From an uncultured delta proteobacterium (GTDB lineage: Bacteria; Desulfobacterota; Binatia; UBA9968): DNA of 64,000 nucleotides. Shown here one piece after another: positions 16,058 through 26,465 of the stretch. The translations under genes and the position numbers were made by a program. The notes under the pieces are model-generated. The model was given only the letters and a program-made list of their open reading frames with translations, was not told where the DNA came from and did not search any database. Each line of letters opens with the position of its first letter. The stretch's first letter is position 1. Location of the stretch: NCBI GenBank assembly GCA_963745035.1, contig CAVUVW010000013.1:1056001-1120000 (forward strand), written 5' to 3'.

Positions 16058-16852
16058 ATGATGAAACCACGTATTATTCTTTTGAGCGTTGTGATTGCGG
16101 GGACGCCGGTGATCGTGCCGTTTGCAACCGAGCTGCCCGCCGCCGAACGCGTGCAAAAATCGGAGGATGGAAGCCGGTACAGCGACCGGGATCGCGGGAA
16201 AACTTCCAAAAACGAGGAAGATAGGCTCGAACAAGCGCTCAAGACAGGCGAGGAGAAAAGTTTCTATCGCCGCGAGATCGAGAAGATGGGCTGGAAGATC
16301 ACTGCGGTCAATTATGACAAACCGGATTACGTCGAGTACGAGATCGTCAAAGGCGATGATTCTTACGAGGTGCAGATCGATTTCGACAAGAACAGCAAAA
16401 AAGCCTCGAAGGTCGATGTCGCGACGAATGTCTGGAGAACCGACGCGACGGAAAACGCCATCAAGAACCGCGACAAGAAGGTGGCCTATCCTGGACGCAC
16501 GACGGATAATCCGGAGCGTTACAGCGACCGCGACCGCATGAAGACCTCGAAAAATTCAGCGGACAAGTTGGAGCAGGCGCTAAAAACCGGCGAGGAGAAG
16601 AGTTTCTATCGCCGCGAGCTCGAGAAAATGGGTTGGAAGATCACCTCGGTGAATCATGACAAACCGGACTACGTCGAGTACGAGATCGTCAAAGGCGATG
16701 ATTCTTACGAGGTACAGATCGATTTCGACAAGAACAGCAAAAAGGCCTCGAAAGTCGACGTCGCGATGAACGCATGGAAAACCGACGCCACCAAGCAGGC
16801 CCTGAAACAGCAGCAGCCCAGGCGAAACGCTAATCGCGCGGGCAGGCTGTGA
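16058..16852 (+). CDS. Secreted protein with two 114-aa PepSY-like repeats
   Basis: Signal peptide; RBS GGGAGG; repeats start at 16175 and 16517 (DKPDYVEYEIVKGDDSYEVQIDFDKNSKKASKVDV identical). Confidence 0.85.
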   Translation: MMKPRIILLSVVIAGTPVIVPFATELPAAERVQKSEDGSRYSDRDRGKTSKNEEDRLEQALKTGEEKSFYRREIEKMGWKITAVNYDKPDYVEYEIVKGDDSYEVQIDFDKNSKKASKVDVATNVWRTDATENAIKNRDKKVAYPGRTTDNPERYSDRDRMKTSKNSADKLEQALKTGEEKSFYRRELEKMGWKITSVNHDKPDYVEYEIVKGDDSYEVQIDFDKNSKKASKVDVAMNAWKTDATKQALKQQQPRRNANRAGRL

Positions 16853-16864
16853 AAGGAGTGAGTT

Positions 16865-16948
16865 ATGCTTCCGGGATTTGTACTTTGGCTGTTAGGAATT
16901 CCGCTTAGTCTGGTCGTATTGCTCTGGCTCTTCGGCTTTCTGAGCTAG
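16865..16948 (+). CDS. 27-aa hydrophobic small membrane protein (below ORF-track cutoff)
   Basis: RBS AAGGAG then MLPGFVLWLLGIPLSLVVLLWLFGFLS*. Confidence 0.7.
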   Translation: MLPGFVLWLLGIPLSLVVLLWLFGFLS

Positions 16949-16978
16949 CGGCAACCTGCGACTCTGATCGCACCGCAT

Positions 16979-17025
16979 GAAATCAGGCCGGTTCTCGGAT
17001 CGGGAACCGGCCTGATTTCGTTTCC
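16979..17025 (+). terminator. Intrinsic terminator-like hairpin
   Basis: GAAATCAGGCCGGTTC...GAACCGGCCTGATTTC 16-bp stem followed by GTTT. Confidence 0.65.
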
Positions 17026-17094
17026 GGCAAAAAATCCAAATTTCTGCAAGGACGCCGGTAGCTCCGCGTCTCTTTAGTGGTAAACTTTTCATCG

Positions 17095-19252
17095 ATGTCC
17101 GACATCCTGCGAGAGGGCCGCAACTGCTGGAAAATCACCGATGCTTCGCGGGTGAAGTTCCTGATCGACGGCGCGGCGTATTTTGCCGCGCTTGCCGATG
17201 CGCTCGATCAGGCGCGCGAATCTATACTGATCGTCGGTTGGGACTTCGATAGCCGCGTCCAACTGAAATACCCCGCTGCAGGCGCGGGCGCGTCGCCCAC
17301 GATAGGCGACATCTTGAATTCTTTGGCTGCCCGCCGTCGCGAGCTTCAGATTCACATTCTAGTTTGGGATTTTGCGATGATTTTCGCGCTCGACCGCGAG
17401 ATGACGCCGTTTTTCGGGCCGGGCTGGCGGCGCCACCCGCGGGTGCATTTTCATATGGACGGCAACCATCCGATAGGCGCTTCGCATCATTCGAAAATCG
17501 TCGCCATCGACGATAGCTTGGCGTTTGCCGGCGGTCTGGACATCGCCAAGGGCCGCTGGGACACGCCCGAGCACCGCCAGGACGATCCGCGGCGCGCCGA
17601 TTTCAACGGCGCGCTGTTGCCGCCGCACCACGACGCGCAGATCGCCGTGGCGGGTGAGACCGCGGCGGCGCTCGGCGAGCTCGCGCGCGGCCACTGGTGG
17701 CGCGCCACCGGGCAGCGTTTGCGCGCGCCGCGGCGCTCTGGCGAGATCTGGCCCCGTGAATTACAGCCGGATTTCCTTCATGCGCGCGTCGCGATTGCGC
17801 GCACCGAGCCGGCGTATGGCGGCGCCAAAGAAGTCCGCGAGATCGAAGCGCTGTTTCGTGACGCGGTGGCCGGAGCGCGGCGCTGGATCTATGTCGAGAA
17901 TCAGTATCTGAGCTCCGCGGCGGTCAGCGATGCTCTAGCAAGCCGCTTGGAAGAGCCCGATGGTCCGGAAATCGTCATGGTGATTTCGCAGGCGAGCTAC
18001 GGCTGGCTCGAAGGCGCCACCATGGACGTAGTGCGCGGCCGGCTGATGAAGCGGCTGCGCGCCGCGGACGGTCATCGTCGGCTGCGCGTCTATTGTCCCA
18101 TTGTTGCGCGCAAAGCCAAGCACTGCATGTCCGTTCATTCCAAGCTGCTAATCGTTGACGACCGCCTGGTGCGCGTCGGTTCGGCGAACCTGAGCAACCG
18201 GTCCATGGGTTTCGACACCGAATGCGACTTGGCGATCGAAGCCAACGGCAGACGCGACATCGAAGCGGCGATCGCGCGCTTTCGCAACACCCTGCTCGCC
18301 GAGCACCTTGGGTCGAGCCCCGAGCGGGTCGCCGAGCTGCTGGGCGAAAGCCAGTCGCTGATCGGCGCCGTCCGTGCGCTGCGGGGAAATTCAGAGCGCA
18401 CTTTGGAGTTCGTCGACTGCGCCGTTCCGGACTGGCTCGAACAGATGATTCCAGAGTCCGCCGTCGTCGATCCCGAGGCGCCGGTCGCTCCGGAAAGCCT
18501 CGTCGAAGAGTTTGTCGTCTCGGAGCGCCACGGCTCGGGCAGCAGTGCGCTGCTCCGCGGCTTGCTGATCTTGGCCGCGCTGTTCACGCTCGTCGCGGCG
18601 TGGCGTTGGACGGGCCTGCGCGCATGGCTCGACCTCGGCGCGCTGGTGCGCGCCGCGGCGTGGCTACGCGAGACCGATCAAGCCTGGTTGTGGGCGATCG
18701 GCGCTTTTCCCGCCGGCGGTATCATCGGGTTTCCCGGTCACGCTGCTGATTTTCGCCTCGGCGTTTCTCGTGCGTTCCTGGCCGGCGATTGTCTGCTCCT
18801 TGGTCGGTTGTATCATCAGCGCCATGCTGCTTTACGGCATCGGCCGCGGTCTTGGACGAAAGACCGTCATGCGTCTTGCCGGCAGGCGCTTGAACCGGGT
18901 CAATCGCCTGATTTCCAAACAGGGCGTTTTGGCGGTGACCGCCGTCCGCATGATTCCGGTGGCGCCCTATTCGCTCGTCAATCTCGCCGCCGGCGCCGCG
19001 CGCGTTCCCTTTCGCGATTTTATCTTGGGCACGCTTTTGGGAATGAGCCCGGGCGTTGTCGGCATCACGTTTTTTACCGGGCAGCTCGAGCAAATGATCC
19101 GCAGGCCGAGCGTGCTCAGCCTGCTCGTTCTCATCGGAACTTTATTTCTCATGTTCGGCGGCATCATCGGCTTGCGCCGCTGGATCACGAGCAAACAAGG
19201 TCCGCGAAAGCGCCGGGTTTCACGCCTGTCCGCTTCGGCGCCTTCGCCCTAA
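17095..19252 (+). CDS. Phospholipase D-like protein fused to VTT/DedA domain (+1 frameshift near 18735)
   Basis: Two HKD motifs (HHSKIVAID, VHSKLLIVD...GSANL); C-terminal VTT signature RMIPVAPYSLVNLAAG in ORF 18770-19252. Confidence 0.85.
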
Positions 19253-19266
19253 AGCCCGCAACCGCC

Positions 19267-19977
19267 ATGGCGCTTGTTTCCGTGCTTTCTTACAACATCC
19301 ATGAATGCGTCGGGTGTGACGGCCGCCGCGACCCGGCGCGGATCGCCGAGGTGATCAAACAGAGCGGCGCCCGGATCATCGGCCTTCAGGAAGTGCACTC
19401 GGACTCCAGCGGCGAGGAGCAACTGCACCAAATGAACTACCTCGCCGCCCTCACCGGCTTCCAGGCGGTAGCGGGACCCTCGGTGGAGCGGAAAAATGGA
19501 CACTACGGCAACGTCCTGTTGACGAGCTGCGAGGTATTGGCGGTGCATAAGCTCGACTTGAGTTATCGAGCGCGCGAGCCGCGCGGCGCCATCGACGTCG
19601 ATCTCGATATCGGCGGCGAAACCGTGCGCGTGATCGTCACCCACCTCGGCCTTGTGCCCGCGGAACGGCGCTTTCAAGTGCGCAAGCTGCTGGCCGCCTT
19701 GGAAGAACAACGCACGCGCATCGTTCTGTTGTTAAGCGACTTCAACGAATGGCTGCCCACCGGCCGCTCGCTCCGCTGGATCCACACCCACCTGGGAAAA
19801 ACCGCGCTGGTGCGCACCTTCCCGTCGAGATTTCCGGTTTTTGCTCTGGATAGAATCTGGGTGTCTCCACCCGCCGCGCTGGTCGAGCTTTGCTGTCTGC
19901 GCACGCCGATCACCCGCGTGGCTTCGGATCATTTGCCGTTGCGCGCGATCATTAGAACTTCCCCGGACAAATCGTAG
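19267..19977 (+). CDS. Endonuclease/exonuclease/phosphatase family protein
   Basis: LSYNIH, GLQEV, THLGL, SDFNEW, LDRIW and SDHLPL motifs. Confidence 0.9.
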   Translation: MALVSVLSYNIHECVGCDGRRDPARIAEVIKQSGARIIGLQEVHSDSSGEEQLHQMNYLAALTGFQAVAGPSVERKNGHYGNVLLTSCEVLAVHKLDLSYRAREPRGAIDVDLDIGGETVRVIVTHLGLVPAERRFQVRKLLAALEEQRTRIVLLLSDFNEWLPTGRSLRWIHTHLGKTALVRTFPSRFPVFALDRIWVSPPAALVELCCLRTPITRVASDHLPLRAIIRTSPDKS

Positions 19978-20085
19978 AGCGCATTGGTTCTACATCCCTG
20001 TTGGATTCGTTCGGGATAGCCGGGAGACAGATCACATCGCCGAGTTCTCATCTTGCTGCCCCGTGGTTCGTTGATTTCATCATGC

Positions 20086-21249
20086 CTATTTCACCACGCC
20101 CTGAGCGCGCAACTCGCTCAACTCCATAGAGCCGAGTCCCAACAGATCGCCCAGCACTTGGTCGGTATGCTCGCCGAGGCCGGGCGCGTCCGCGTGAATG
20201 CTCGCCGGAGTCTCCGACAGACGAATCCACGGCGCGACCAGTTTGGTCGCTCCCGCCCTCGGGTGAGAGCGCTCGACGAACGCGCCGCGCGCTTTCACGT
20301 GCGGATCATCGATCACCTCGCCGAGCGATAACACCGGCGCGCCGAAGTAGCCGAGGTCGCGCAACCCATCCCAAATGGCTTGGCGCGTCTGCCCGCGCGC
20401 CCAGCTTCGCACCGTTTCGTCGAGCTCGGCGCGATGGCGCCGGCGCGCCGCTTGATCGGCAAACCGGGGGTCATCCGCGAGTTCCGGGCGGCCGATGACT
20501 CGCGCCAGCCGCGGCCAGTCTTCGTCGCTCACCTCCGCCGCGCGCAGCGTGAAATAGCCGTCGGCGACCTGCATGGGCCGGGTGCCGACCTGGTTGCCGG
20601 TGAAGTGTTGATGGAGCGAGCTCACCATAAAACCGAGCACGGCCTCCTGCATGGAGACTTCGATCTTCTGCCCTTTGCCGGTCTCGTGGCGCGCGTGCAA
20701 CGCCGCCAAAATGCCTACCGCCATGCTGATGCCGGCGGCTTCATCGCCGACGCCGATCGCCCGCGTCCCCGGAGCGCCGCTGTCTGCCCAAGCCGAATGC
20801 GTCCACCCGGCGATGCTGTTGTTGGTCGCTGCAGTGTTACCGTAGTTGGCGTAAGGCCCCCATTCACCGTAGCCGCGCGAGCAGGCGTAAATCAATCTCG
20901 GGTTGGCAGCGCGCAAAGAATCGTAATCGAGGCCGAAGCGCTCCATGACGCCCTTTTGATAATTTTCCACCAGCACGTCGGCGCGGGCGATGAGCTGCCG
21001 CGCCAGATCAATGCCGCGCTCGGTTTTTAGATTCAGGACGACGCTTTTCTTGTTCACGTTGATCGCCAAGAATTCGTAGGCGTCGGTCTGCGAGTCGCGC
21101 GGCATCCAGCTGTGGCGATAACCGTCGCCGCCCGGAGGCTCGATCTTGATGACCTCGGCTCCCAATTGGCCGAGCAGCATCGTGCAGAACGGACCGTTTA
21201 GAGCATGGGTAAAATCGATCACACGGATATTTTCGAGCGCTCCGGTCAT
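20086..21249 (-). CDS. CaiB/BaiF family CoA transferase
   Basis: RVIDFTHALNGPFCT..LGAEVIKIEPPGGD, NKKSVVLNLK, GQKIEVSM, APGLGEHT. Confidence 0.92.
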   Translation of the reverse strand: MTGALENIRVIDFTHALNGPFCTMLLGQLGAEVIKIEPPGGDGYRHSWMPRDSQTDAYEFLAINVNKKSVVLNLKTERGIDLARQLIARADVLVENYQKGVMERFGLDYDSLRAANPRLIYACSRGYGEWGPYANYGNTAATNNSIAGWTHSAWADSGAPGTRAIGVGDEAAGISMAVGILAALHARHETGKGQKIEVSMQEAVLGFMVSSLHQHFTGNQVGTRPMQVADGYFTLRAAEVSDEDWPRLARVIGRPELADDPRFADQAARRRHRAELDETVRSWARGQTRQAIWDGLRDLGYFGAPVLSLGEVIDDPHVKARGAFVERSHPRAGATKLVAPWIRLSETPASIHADAPGLGEHTDQVLGDLLGLGSMELSELRAQGVVK

Positions 21250-21446
21250 TCATTCCCTCCTAACCAACGGAGAACATACAGCGCGACGCGGTCGCGCGGC
21301 GCTGTAGCTGATGGATAACGGCGAGCGGCGAACCGAACGGCTGCGAGTAGTATCGGACGCGATAAGCTCCGCGCGAACGGTAAAGGCGCGTGCCGTTCAT
21401 GCTGCGGCCGTCGCAGCATAAACAGCCAACGCTCATTCTTTACAGT

Positions 21447-22478
21447 TCACTTGCTGGAGAAACCGAGGACTTTCCCGTATTCCGTCGTGAGACGGTTGAT
21501 CAGCTCCGCGTGCTCCTGAGTCATGTAAACCATTTTTCTGCGCTGGGCGTATTCGTGAGCGGGCGTGCCCGGAACGAAGGCGGAGCTCTCGCCGCGGTAC
21601 TGCTGCCAGATCTTCTGCGCCTCCGCGGTCGTAAGAAAAACGGTAAAAAGATAACCGGCGTTGGGATGGCGCGCGTTCTTGATCACTCCGGCATTGGTCG
21701 CCGGCGCGATTACCGGCTCCACCGCTTCGGCGTGCACAACCGGGGCGCCGGCGAGCTTCGCCGAATGGATGTAGCCCTCGCCCAACGTGAAGGCGATCTT
21801 GATCTCGCCGATTTGCAAGCGCGAGAACATGTGGCCGGGCTGGCCGATAATCGCTTGCTGATCGGCGAGCGTCTTGACGTATTTGTTCGTCCTCTCTTCG
21901 CCCCACGCCGTCGCCAGCCGCGCCAGATGATGCACCGCATCCGTGATGCCGAGCTTGCCGCCTTTCCACTTTGGATCGAGCAAATCCTCCCATGACTTCG
22001 GCGCTTCTTCCGCGGACAGAAATTTTTTGTTGTACGCGGGTAGCGCAAAGCCGTGGGCCAGGATCACCGTGCTGCTGTCGTATTGGATCCAACGCGGATT
22101 CACCCCGACTTTGGCGTAGTCGAAGCGCTGCTGCGCTTTCTTGAGCCATAGACTTGCGTGATGCGCGTCAGTCGCCATCATCACGTCCCATTCGGCCGGT
22201 AAGCCGGAGGCAGCCAGGCTGATGGTCTTGGCGATGTCCCGCGCCATACCAGAGGATGGATGATAGATGGTTTTGAGATTGAGGCCGTATTTTTTGTTAA
22301 ACGCTTCGCCGAGCTTCTGCGCGCCCTCGGCGCCGAGCGTGCCCGCGGCAAAAAATTCGACCGAGCCTTCCTTCTTCGCGGCGGCGATCAAATCATCGAT
22401 CGGCGCGGCAAATCCGACCGGGGCTGCCGTCGCAGTCACTACAAAAAAGATGGCGATCAAACATGGTAATTTCATCAA
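21447..22478 (-). CDS. ABC extracellular solute-binding protein (AfuA/Fe3+-like family)
   Basis: Signal peptide; AAKKEG, APKSWEDLLDPKWKG, ARHPNAG. Confidence 0.85.
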   Translation of the reverse strand: MMKLPCLIAIFFVVTATAAPVGFAAPIDDLIAAAKKEGSVEFFAAGTLGAEGAQKLGEAFNKKYGLNLKTIYHPSSGMARDIAKTISLAASGLPAEWDVMMATDAHHASLWLKKAQQRFDYAKVGVNPRWIQYDSSTVILAHGFALPAYNKKFLSAEEAPKSWEDLLDPKWKGGKLGITDAVHHLARLATAWGEERTNKYVKTLADQQAIIGQPGHMFSRLQIGEIKIAFTLGEGYIHSAKLAGAPVVHAEAVEPVIAPATNAGVIKNARHPNAGYLFTVFLTTAEAQKIWQQYRGESSAFVPGTPAHEYAQRRKMVYMTQEHAELINRLTTEYGKVLGFSSK

Positions 22479-22729
22479 GTGAATCCTTCCTCAAAAACAT
22501 TTCGCAACCGGCGGCGCGCCCGGCCGTCCACAAACTCTAAGAACATGCGTTCAAAGCGGCGCATTTGCAAGCGTGACAAGGCCAGTTCAGGGGTGAAAGA
22601 ATCCGCGCGTCAGCCTTGCCGCGGCGGAAGTATTCGGACTAGTATGGCGCCCGTGCCGCCAACAATCTCTCGACGGCAGCCGCCGTTTCCGCCACCAAAC
22701 CGGCATCGCCGTCAGCAAGGAGACTCCAT

Positions 22730-23857
22730 TTGAAAATCGCCGACATCGAAATTATCGAATTGCAGAACATCCCCGTCACTCCACCGCTCTTCAAGCAGCC
22801 GCTGCGCACCGGCGTGCGCCTGCTCAAAGTCAAAACCGATGACGGCATCGTCGGCCTGTCGCAGTTCGGCGGCTTCATGCACTCGGCCACCGCCGCTTTT
22901 ATCCGGCACGACCTCGCGCCTTTTTTAAAGGGCCAGGACCCGCTCGAAAACGAGCGCTTGATGCATCAGATGCTCTGGAAGTTCAACACCCGCGCCCACG
23001 CCGGCGTGTGGAACTTCGCGGTGAGCGCCGTCGATGTGGCGCTCTGGGACATCAAAGGAAAATTCTACAAGGCGCCGGTCTGGCGCCTGCTCGGCGGCGC
23101 GCAGAAAGCGGTTCCGGCGTATATCACCTTCGGGTTGAGGGCCTACGGCCGCGACGAGCTCGCCGAAGCGGCGAAATATTGGGCCGCCAAGGGCGAAACG
23201 CGGTTGAAGATTCAGGTCGGCCGCTCGAACATCCGCGGCGCCATGGATCCGTCCGGCGCCAGCGGCGAGCATCGCGAAGACAATCCGGCCGAAGACGAAG
23301 CGCGGGTGAAAGCCGTGCGCGACGCGGTCGGCGATCAAGCCGAGCTGATGGCGGACGCCAACTGCCTGATGAAGCTCGACGCCGCCGTGCGCTGGTGCAA
23401 GCGCTTCGAGCCGTACAATCTAATGTGGTTCGAAGAACCGATCGTGCACAACGACCCGCGCCTGCTGGCGCAACTGCGCCAGCAGACGAGCATCCCCATC
23501 GCCGCGGGACAATGGGAGAATTTCTTCAAGCTCGCCGATTTGGTCAAGCAGGACGCCGTCGATTTTTTGAACATCCACGTGCTTTCCGTCGGCGGTTTCA
23601 CCATGGGCATGAAGGCCGCCGGTCTCGCTCACGCCTTCAATCTGCCGGTCGGCAACGGCGATCACTTCGACGTTCATCTGCACGCCGCGGTGCCCAACGG
23701 CTGGCGCGCCGAGGTTCACGTCAACAATTGGCTCACTTCCAATGTTGTCTACAAAGATCTGCCGGGGCCGGTCAACGGTTGGATCACGTTAACCGAGAAA
23801 CCAGGTCTAGGACTCGATCTCAACGAAGACGCTATCAAGGAATACAAAGTCGCATGA
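22730..23857 (+). CDS. Mandelate racemase/muconate lactonizing enzyme family
   Basis: RBS AAGGAG before TTG; AVDVALWDIKGK..PVWRLLGG, MADAN, WFEEP, PGLGLDL. Confidence 0.9.
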   Translation: MKIADIEIIELQNIPVTPPLFKQPLRTGVRLLKVKTDDGIVGLSQFGGFMHSATAAFIRHDLAPFLKGQDPLENERLMHQMLWKFNTRAHAGVWNFAVSAVDVALWDIKGKFYKAPVWRLLGGAQKAVPAYITFGLRAYGRDELAEAAKYWAAKGETRLKIQVGRSNIRGAMDPSGASGEHREDNPAEDEARVKAVRDAVGDQAELMADANCLMKLDAAVRWCKRFEPYNLMWFEEPIVHNDPRLLAQLRQQTSIPIAAGQWENFFKLADLVKQDAVDFLNIHVLSVGGFTMGMKAAGLAHAFNLPVGNGDHFDVHLHAAVPNGWRAEVHVNNWLTSNVVYKDLPGPVNGWITLTEKPGLGLDLNEDAIKEYKVA

Positions 23858-23889
23858 ACTGATTCACCATTCAATCCTGAAGCCTAGAC

Positions 23890-23916
23890 TGTCATTTCGA
23901 CCGAAGGGAGAAATCT
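23890..23916. repeat. GTCAT-type REP-like palindrome (single arm)
   Basis: TGTCATTTCGACCGAAGGGAGAAATCT, similar to the element at 32439. Confidence 0.6.
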
Positions 23917-23962
23917 TTCCTCTCCCCGCCGGTTTCCGACGACTGTCCGAATTACCTGCACC

Positions 23963-24970
23963 TCACTTATTCCCCGCCCACAACTTGTCAAAGAATCCGC
24001 TCTTGTTCATCGAGTCGAGAAACCGCCGGTCGACTAGGTCCTGCGGTTTTACTTTCTTCGCTCGCGCGTCGACTTTCCCCGTTTCATCGATGATTGCCTG
24101 AAACGCTTCGTTCTTGAACTCCAGGCGCCGCTCCATGACTTTGATCTCTTCGTCGTAAGCGGCGTCGAGGACTTTGCGGTCATTGATGCGCAACTGCTTG
24201 CCGAGGACCTTATAGGTAAATTCTTTGTCCAGAAACATGATCTTCATCGCTTCCGCCGTCGCGCGCACGAACTTGTCAATGGCCGGCGCTCGCGTCTGGA
24301 GAATGGAGCGCCGCGTGATCACCGCCGCGGCGACAAAGGGAATGTTCAAATCCGGCCCGTAAACCACGTGGCGGAAACCCTGCGCCACCGCCCGCGTCCC
24401 GCCCGACGGACCGGTCATCGTCGCGGCATCGACGTTGCCCGTCAACAAGGCCGCAAGATTTTCGACCTGGCCGCCGGTCTGAATAAAATTGATATCGGTT
24501 GGTTCCATGCCGTACTTTCGCAGGACTTGGATGATGAAATAGTGGGAGTTGCTGCCAAGCCTCGTCAGCCCCAGCTTCTTCCCTTTGAGATCCTCGGGTC
24601 TTTTGATTTCCGGCTTGCCGAGAATGCTGTGGGTCAGCGTATTTTTCGCGCTGCCGACAAAAACCAAATCCGTCGCTCCCTGTGCATGCGCCCGCACGAT
24701 CGCTTCGCCGCCGCTGACCGCGACTTGAGCGTCGCCTCCCAGCAGCGCCGCGGTGACGATCGGCGCCGATGAAATATAAACGAGCTGAAAGTCCAGGTCG
24801 TATTTTTTGAACAGCCCCGCCTCCTCGGCGATCCACGGCATCGCCTGGGACATCGTCCGCGCGGAGTGAAAGCCAATGAGCTTATCGGCTGCCAGGATTT
24901 CAGCAGGGTCATTAACAAAAAGCGAGAAGAGCAGCGCTGCGAGGCAACAACACACTTTTTTCATTTCCAT
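23963..24970 (-). CDS. NMT1/SsuA-like ABC substrate-binding protein
   Basis: Signal peptide; PWIAEEAGLFKKYDLD, DLKGKKLGLTRLGS, LVDRRFL; RBS GGAGG. Confidence 0.87.
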   Translation of the reverse strand: MEMKKVCCCLAALLFSLFVNDPAEILAADKLIGFHSARTMSQAMPWIAEEAGLFKKYDLDFQLVYISSAPIVTAALLGGDAQVAVSGGEAIVRAHAQGATDLVFVGSAKNTLTHSILGKPEIKRPEDLKGKKLGLTRLGSNSHYFIIQVLRKYGMEPTDINFIQTGGQVENLAALLTGNVDAATMTGPSGGTRAVAQGFRHVVYGPDLNIPFVAAAVITRRSILQTRAPAIDKFVRATAEAMKIMFLDKEFTYKVLGKQLRINDRKVLDAAYDEEIKVMERRLEFKNEAFQAIIDETGKVDARAKKVKPQDLVDRRFLDSMNKSGFFDKLWAGNK

Positions 24971-25185
24971 GAAGCGTACCTCCTGAATCGAACTGTGATG
25001 CATCACCCCAATGAAACCAGCGCGACCCTATCAAAAAGTACGCGCACCGACCACACCGTATGGCTATTGCTGTGGCCCTTGAATGTAATCCCTCGCTCTT
25101 TGGGAGAGGGCAAGGGTGAGCGCGTGCTTGACCGTTAGCTCGCCGCGATGATACGGCATGTCTCACAAGAACACGGAGGCAAGCT

Positions 25186-26198
25186 ATGAAAATCGTCGTC
25201 TTTGGACCGGAGCGACGCGTTGGCGCGCTGGTTGGCGAGAGAGTGATCGACCTTAACCGCGGCATGGCCAGGCAACTGCAGGAACAAGGCGAATCAAAAG
25301 CGGAAGAGCAAGCGGCGACACGTCTGCCGGCGCGCCTCTTGACATTCATCGAGTCCGGCCCGCCTGCTTTGGAGAATGCCCAGCGGGTCATCGACCAATT
25401 CGACAGGAGCGCGCCCGGTGATGAACGCGGAGAGCTTAGGCTGGTGCACAATGTGAGTGACGTAAAACTCCACGCGCCCTGGCCGGAGCGGCGCATCGCC
25501 TGCGTCGGCGGCAACTACGCCGCCCATCTTGCCGGCATGTGGGCCAATCGTCTCGGCAAGACCGACGTGTCGATCGAGCAAATCACCGAAGAGGCGAGAA
25601 AAGGCGGCCAGTGGGGATTCTGGAAAGTGCCCGCCGAAGTCGCCGGGCCGGCCGATACGCATTCCGTTTCCCAAGCGCGTTACCTATTTCGATTACGAGG
25701 GCGAAGTGGCGATTGTCATCGGCAAGCGCGGCAAGAACATTCCCGCGGCAAAGATACGCGACTATGTTTGGGGTGTGACTCTATTCCACGACTGGAGCAT
25801 TCGCGACGCCGGCGGAACCGATCGTGTGGTCAGCTACAATTTGCAGAAGAACTTCGACGGCGCCGTATCCATGGGCCCGTGCATCGTCGTCGGCGAAACC
25901 GACCATCAGGAGGTCGACGGCAGAGACGCGCGTCAACGGCGTCGTGCGCCAGAGCTACAGCACCAAAGAAATGATTTGGAACTTCGCCGAAGTGTTGGAA
26001 TATCTGTCGCAGGATTTCACCTTCGTTCCCGGCGACGTGATCGCCGGCGGCACCTCCGCCGGAACCGCCGCGGACAAGTCGCGCCGCGGTCCTGACGGCA
26101 AACGGCCGCTCGATTTGTTTCTGAAGATCGGCGACGTCGTCGAAGTATCTTCGCCGCAGATCGGCGCGCTCTCGAACAAGATCGTCGCAAGCGAGTAG
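25186..26198 (+). CDS. Fumarylacetoacetate hydrolase family protein (frameshifts near 25660 and 25919)
   Basis: CVGGNYAAH, FDYEGEVAIVIGK, HDWSIRD, KNFDG..MGP and PGDVIAGGTSAG across three frames. Confidence 0.85.
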
Positions 26199-26279
26199 GT
26201 GCGGGACCCGCCCCTACAAATCCTTCGTGATCTTCGTGTGCTCCTTCGAAAAATGCGGGTGCGGAATGGTGGCTGGTTC

Positions 26280-26356
26280 CGTCATACCGGCGAAAGCCGT
26301 ATCCAGGCTAATTTGGTGGAGAACAAACCTGGGTTCCCGCCTGCGCGGGAACGACG
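26280..26356. repeat. GTCAT-type REP doublet
   Basis: CGTCATACCGGCGAAAGCCGTATCCAGG ... CCTGGGTTCCCGCCTGCGCGGGAACGACG inverted arms. Confidence 0.7.
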
Positions 26357-26465
26357 AGCGTGGAGAGAATCGTGTCCTAGGGAACCTGTCATTTTCATTA
26401 TCTGTGGATGAGCCTAAGATCATGAATCACTTCGTGGTGAAATAATTCTGCATTGAAGGATTACC

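Noticed and set aside
17077-19977. 966-aa PLD-EEP fusion protein in the ORF track
   Set aside because: A +1 indel near 18735 moves the PLD frame off the VTT domain, and it reads through as non-protein-like sequence into the separate EEP gene, which has its own ATG at 19267.
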